Assembly: GCA_034670305.1 (NCBI GenBank)
Contig: JAXMNT010000027.1
Location: 39,125 to 103,124, forward strand
Direction: 5' to 3'
Source: Deltaproteobacteria bacterium
GTDB taxonomy: Bacteria; Myxococcota_A; Polyangia; Polyangiales; Houyiibacteriaceae
DNA: 64,000 nucleotides
Each line of letters begins with the position of its first letter. Positions within the stretch are counted from its first letter, which is position 1. Both the position numbers and the translations under genes were made by a program. Below, piece by piece: positions 60,153 to 64,000 of the stretch. Under the pieces are notes generated by a model. The model had not been told where the DNA came from, did not search any database, and worked only from the letters and a program-made list of their open reading frames with translations.

Positions 60153-61232
60153 TTGGCCGAGCTGACGTTTCGCGCACGAAGGATTCTGTACGCGACCGTG
60201 ACGGAATACATCGCGACGGGAGAACCCGTCGGCTCGCGGCGGTTGTCCAAGCGGTACGGGCTGGATCTCTCCCCAGCGACCATCCGAAACGTGCTGGCCG
60301 ACCTCGAGGAGCAGGGATACGTCCAGCAGCCCCACACGAGCGCGGGCCGCATCCCGACCGATCTCGGCTTTCGGGTGTTCGTGACGGCGCTGGTGCAGAT
60401 GCGGGAGGTCAGCATCGATGAGCGGGCTGCGGTGCTGGAGCGCATGCGGCACATCGAACCGGGCGGCGACGTGCTGACCGAGGCGGGCGAACTGCTCAGC
60501 TCGCTGACCGGGGCCGTGGCCGTGGTGACGAGCACCCGCCCCGAGCACGAATCGCTCAGTCAGCTTCGGTTCATGTCCCTGAGTGCGGACAAGCTGCTCG
60601 CGGTCCTGGTGACGCGCGGCGGCGTGGTGGAGAACCGGGTGGTCACGCTCAAACGTCCGTTGGACGCGAGCGAACTCGAACGGGTCAACAACCTGGTCGC
60701 CGAGCTTCTGGAGAACGAGGCGCGCAGCCTCTCCCGGATTCGTGACCAGCTCGCGGACGAGACCACGGCGGAGCGCGGCACCCGAGACGCGCTCCAGAAG
60801 CGGGCCAAAGAGCTCGTCGATGCGACCGTGAGCGACTCGAGCGCGGTCAAGATGGTGATCGAGGGCCAGGGGCGGTTGTTCGAGCGCCCCGACTTCTTCG
60901 ACGCCGACAAGATCCGAAGGTACCTGCGGGCGTTCGACGACAAAGAGCGGTTGCTCAGTCTGCTCGAGCGTACGATCGACAGCGGCGGGGTCCGGGTCCT
61001 GATCGGTTCCGAGGCCCAGCTCGACCCGGCCACCGACGTCAGCGTCATCACGACGTCTTACTCGGGCAGCGGCACGGGCACCGGGTCCATCGGGATCATC
61101 GGTCCCACCCGGCTGGACTACGCAAAAGTAGTGCCTCTGGTGGGTTTCACCGCGAAGGTCATGAGCGCCGTGCTCGGAGGGGACCTGGACGGCGCCGGCC
61201 TCGAACTCGAAGAAGATCCACCCGAATCTTGA
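60153..61232 (+). CDS. hrcA: Heat-inducible transcription repressor
   Basis: YIATGEPVGSR, SPATIRN, QPHTSAGRIPTD, IGIIGPTRLDY; TTG 60153 inferred start. Confidence 0.97.
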   Translation: MAELTFRARRILYATVTEYIATGEPVGSRRLSKRYGLDLSPATIRNVLADLEEQGYVQQPHTSAGRIPTDLGFRVFVTALVQMREVSIDERAAVLERMRHIEPGGDVLTEAGELLSSLTGAVAVVTSTRPEHESLSQLRFMSLSADKLLAVLVTRGGVVENRVVTLKRPLDASELERVNNLVAELLENEARSLSRIRDQLADETTAERGTRDALQKRAKELVDATVSDSSAVKMVIEGQGRLFERPDFFDADKIRRYLRAFDDKERLLSLLERTIDSGGVRVLIGSEAQLDPATDVSVITTSYSGSGTGTGSIGIIGPTRLDYAKVVPLVGFTAKVMSAVLGGDLDGAGLELEEDPPES

Positions 61233-61328
61233 AGCGGTGGCGAGCGCGGCATAACCTCGCGTTCGCGTATCACGCGCAGCCCGTGGCCACGCCACGAGCG
61301 CACCGACACGAGAGTGTGAGGACGACCC

Positions 61329-61883
61329 ATGGGTCCCGACAACGAAGACGAAGCGCAAGACACAGCCCCCGAAGTCGAAGATGCCACCGAGGCGGAAGCC
61401 GATCTGGAAGGCGCCGTTGGTGAAGAGGTCGACCCGGTCGTGGCGGAGCGCGATGCACTGAAGGACAAGTTGCTGCGGGTCGCCGCAGACTTCGACAACT
61501 TCCGCAAACGCACCAAACGGGACCTCGAAGAGACCCGTCGGCGGGCGATCGAAGACACCGTCCGCGAAGTGCTGCCGATCATCGACAACCTCGAGCGTGC
61601 CGTCGCCGCGTCGGGCGAAGCCGAAGACACCGAGGCCGTCGTCGAAGGCGTGCGCATGGTGCTCCGGTCGTTCGAAGACATCGCGGGCCGGATCGGCGTC
61701 GAGAAGGTGGTGACCGTCGGCGAGCGCTTCGATCCGAACGTGCACGACGCCGTCCAGCAGGCCGAGAGCGCAGAGCATCCCGCCGGGACGGTGCTCGCGG
61801 AAGTCGTGCCTGGGTACAAGCTCGGCGACCGATTGATTCGTGCGGCCCTCGTGGTCGTGTCGCGGGCGCCTTCGGGCTCGTGA
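61329..61883 (+). CDS. grpE: Nucleotide exchange factor GrpE
   Basis: ADFDNFRKR, LPIIDNLERA, FDPNVHDAV, GYKLGDRLIRAALVVV. Confidence 0.97.
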   Translation: MGPDNEDEAQDTAPEVEDATEAEADLEGAVGEEVDPVVAERDALKDKLLRVAADFDNFRKRTKRDLEETRRRAIEDTVREVLPIIDNLERAVAASGEAEDTEAVVEGVRMVLRSFEDIAGRIGVEKVVTVGERFDPNVHDAVQQAESAEHPAGTVLAEVVPGYKLGDRLIRAALVVVSRAPSGS

Positions 61884-61963
61884 TGCGCTTCCCCGTCCCG
61901 ACGGAGTGCGGCCGGTCGCATCCGTCTCACCCAGCCCCGAGATTGCGCTAGAGTCGGCTGCTC

Positions 61964-63805
61964 ATGGGCAAAGTCATTGGTATCGACCTAGGCACGACCA
62001 ACTCGTGTGTGGCATTCGTCGAGAATGGCGAGCCGGTGGTCATCCCGAACGCGGAGGGATCCCGGACCACCGCGTCCGTCGTCGCGTTCACGAAAGAGGG
62101 CGAACGCCGGGTCGGTTCGGTCGCCAAACGGCAGGCCGCGACCAACCCCGAGAACACGGTGTTCGCGGTCAAACGACTGATGGGTCAGGAGTTCGACTCC
62201 GAGGACGTGCAGCGCCACAAAGAGCTCGTTGCGTACCGGGTGATCCAGAACACCAACGGCGATGCCTGGGTGCATGTCGCCGGCAAAGATTTCTCGCCGC
62301 CTGAGATCAGCGCGATGATTCTGACCTTCATGAAGGAGGTCGCGGAGGCGTACCTGGGCGAGGAGGTCACCGAAGCCGTCGTCACGGTTCCGGCGTACTT
62401 CGACGATGCCCAGCGGGCAGCCACCAAGGCCGCGGGCAAGATCGCCGGGCTGGAAGTCCGCCGGATCATCAACGAGCCGACGGCCGCGGCGCTCGCCTAC
62501 GGGTTCTCCGAGAAGGAAGGGAAGCGGGTCGCGGTGTACGACCTGGGCGGCGGCACCTTCGACATCTCGATCCTGGAGATCGCCGGCGGCGTCTTCAAGG
62601 TGCGCTCGACCTCGGGCGACACCCACCTCGGCGGCGAGGACATCGACAACTACTTGGTCGAAGAACTCGCCAACCGCTTCGAAGCGAAGACCGGCATCGA
62701 CCTCAAGGGCGACCGGGTCGCGCTCCAGCGACTCCGAGAGCAGGCCGAGAAGGCCAAACACGAGCTGAGTTCCTCGCTCGAGACCGAGATCAACCTGCCG
62801 TTCATCGCGGCCGACGCCAGCGGTCCGAAACACCTCGAGACGGTGATCAAACGAAGCGAGCTCGAGATCCTCGCACTCGACCTGGTCGAGCGCAGTCTCG
62901 TCCCTTGCCAGCAAGCGTTGACCGACGCGGGTCTGAGCATCGGCGACATCGACGAGGTGCTGCTGGTCGGCGGGCAGACCCGCATGCCGTTGGTCCAGAA
63001 GAAAGTCAGCGAGTTCTTCCAGCGGCAGCCCCACAAGGGGGTCAACCCGGACGAAGTCGTGGCGGCAGGCGCCGCGCTTCAGGGCGCCGCGTTGAGTGGG
63101 GAAGTGGACGAGGTCCTGCTGCTCGACGTCACGCCGCTGAGCCTCGGCGTCGAGACCGGTGGTGGCGTGTTCACCGCGCTCATTCCGCGCAACACGACGA
63201 TTCCCACGCGGGCCAGTGAGATCTTCACGACCAGCGTCGACAACCAGCCCTTCGTGCCGATTCACGTGCTCCAGGGAGAGCGTGAGATGGCGGCCGACAA
63301 CAAGAGCCTCGCCAAGTTCGAGCTCGCACCGATTCCGCCCGCGCCGCGCGGCGTGCCGGAGATCGAGGTCGCGTTCGACATCGACGCGAACGGCATGGTG
63401 GATGTGAAAGCGAAGGATCTGCGCACCGGCCGCGAACAGGCCGTTCGCGTGGTGGCCTCCAGCGGGCTCAGCACGGACGAGATCGAGCAGATCATCAGCG
63501 ACTCCGAGGAATACCGCGAGAGCGACGGCAAGCGGCGCGAACTCGCCGAGCTGCGCAACAGCGCCGAGGCGCTTCTCTACACGAGCGAGAAGGCGGTCGA
63601 AGAATGCGCCGAGCTCGTCTCGGCCGACATCATCGAAGAGGTCTCCGGCGACATCGAACTGCTCCGCACCTTGCTCAAAGGCGAAGAAGGCGACGCGGTC
63701 GACATTCGGGAAGCGCTTCAAGCCCTCGAGCTGAGCGCGTACCGAATCGCAGAGTCCATGTACGGCACCGGCGAAGAAGAAGCCGAAGCCGAAGAGCTCG
63801 ATTAG
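61964..63805 (+). CDS. dnaK: Chaperone DnaK (Hsp70)
   Basis: [45 protein letters not shown]. Confidence 0.99.
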   Translation: MGKVIGIDLGTTNSCVAFVENGEPVVIPNAEGSRTTASVVAFTKEGERRVGSVAKRQAATNPENTVFAVKRLMGQEFDSEDVQRHKELVAYRVIQNTNGDAWVHVAGKDFSPPEISAMILTFMKEVAEAYLGEEVTEAVVTVPAYFDDAQRAATKAAGKIAGLEVRRIINEPTAAALAYGFSEKEGKRVAVYDLGGGTFDISILEIAGGVFKVRSTSGDTHLGGEDIDNYLVEELANRFEAKTGIDLKGDRVALQRLREQAEKAKHELSSSLETEINLPFIAADASGPKHLETVIKRSELEILALDLVERSLVPCQQALTDAGLSIGDIDEVLLVGGQTRMPLVQKKVSEFFQRQPHKGVNPDEVVAAGAALQGAALSGEVDEVLLLDVTPLSLGVETGGGVFTALIPRNTTIPTRASEIFTTSVDNQPFVPIHVLQGEREMAADNKSLAKFELAPIPPAPRGVPEIEVAFDIDANGMVDVKAKDLRTGREQAVRVVASSGLSTDEIEQIISDSEEYRESDGKRRELAELRNSAEALLYTSEKAVEECAELVSADIIEEVSGDIELLRTLLKGEEGDAVDIREALQALELSAYRIAESMYGTGEEEAEAEELD

Positions 63806-63880
63806 ACCGGACGGGTCCGGTCGACGGGTTCGTGGTCGCGACTGCGGAGACGTTCGCGCGGTCCGGCGCGGACCTGCACT

Positions 63881-63906
63881 AGCAGGTCGCTGAAAAGCGA
63901 CCTGCT
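63881..63906. terminator. Perfect 11-bp hairpin downstream of dnaK
   Basis: AGCAGGTCGCT-GAAA-AGCGACCTGCT; no clear U-tract, so the terminator role is uncertain. Confidence 0.45.
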
Positions 63907-63940
63907 CCCTTGCCGTTGCCCTTGCCCGTGCCCTTGCCCG
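63907..63940. repeat. (CCCTTG/CCGTTG/CCCGTG) hexamer tract
   Basis: Same family as the tracts at 7837, 23279 and 51825. Confidence 0.85.
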
Positions 63941-64000
63941 CGTCGTGGACGCCGTGTGTTTCGCGACGGCGAGGCGCGAATCGGAGCGCGATGCCCAGCG

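Noticed and set aside
61296-61320. CIRCE between hrcA and grpE (GCACC..GAGTGTG)
   Set aside because: Arms are poor matches and the spacer is too short.
63879-63906. IS terminal inverted repeat (CTAGCAGG..GCTGAAAA)
   Set aside because: It is a closed hairpin with no transposase or matching second end in the window.

Overview
High-GC bacterial DNA that looks like Myxococcota (Polyangiales/Sandaracinaceae-like). The evidence for this is many Cys-rich lipoproteins with DAG-rich linkers, Ser/Thr kinases, FHA-sigma54 activators and a MYXO-CTERM-like tail. Housekeeping genes are an Omp85/BamA-TamA family gene, rimK, an aldehyde dehydrogenase, aspS, SUI1/yciH, an ftsB-like gene and hrcA-grpE-dnaK. 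The main candidate for a new system is a ~17 kb tightly coupled four-gene operon (26365-43223). It encodes a metzincin protease, a 2157-aa Cys-rich lipoprotein whose C-terminal third follows the motif order of a Tc-toxin A subunit, a Cys-rich lipoprotein, and a 2621-aa fused TcB-TcC (SpvB/FG-GAP/Rhs) protein with a low-GC variable tip. All four carry N-terminal export signals, unlike canonical Tc toxins, and the operon sits behind divergent sigma54-type promoters with a shared palindrome. The window also has two copies of a kinase/TPR/lipoprotein module, a deacetylase-GT2-degenerate radical SAM fusion, a GT-C glycosylation cluster, a modular REP-like repeat family, hexamer-repeat cassettes and many leaderless-type starts. 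I saw no rRNA, tRNA, CRISPR array or transposase. All assignments were made by eye from motifs, with no database searches.
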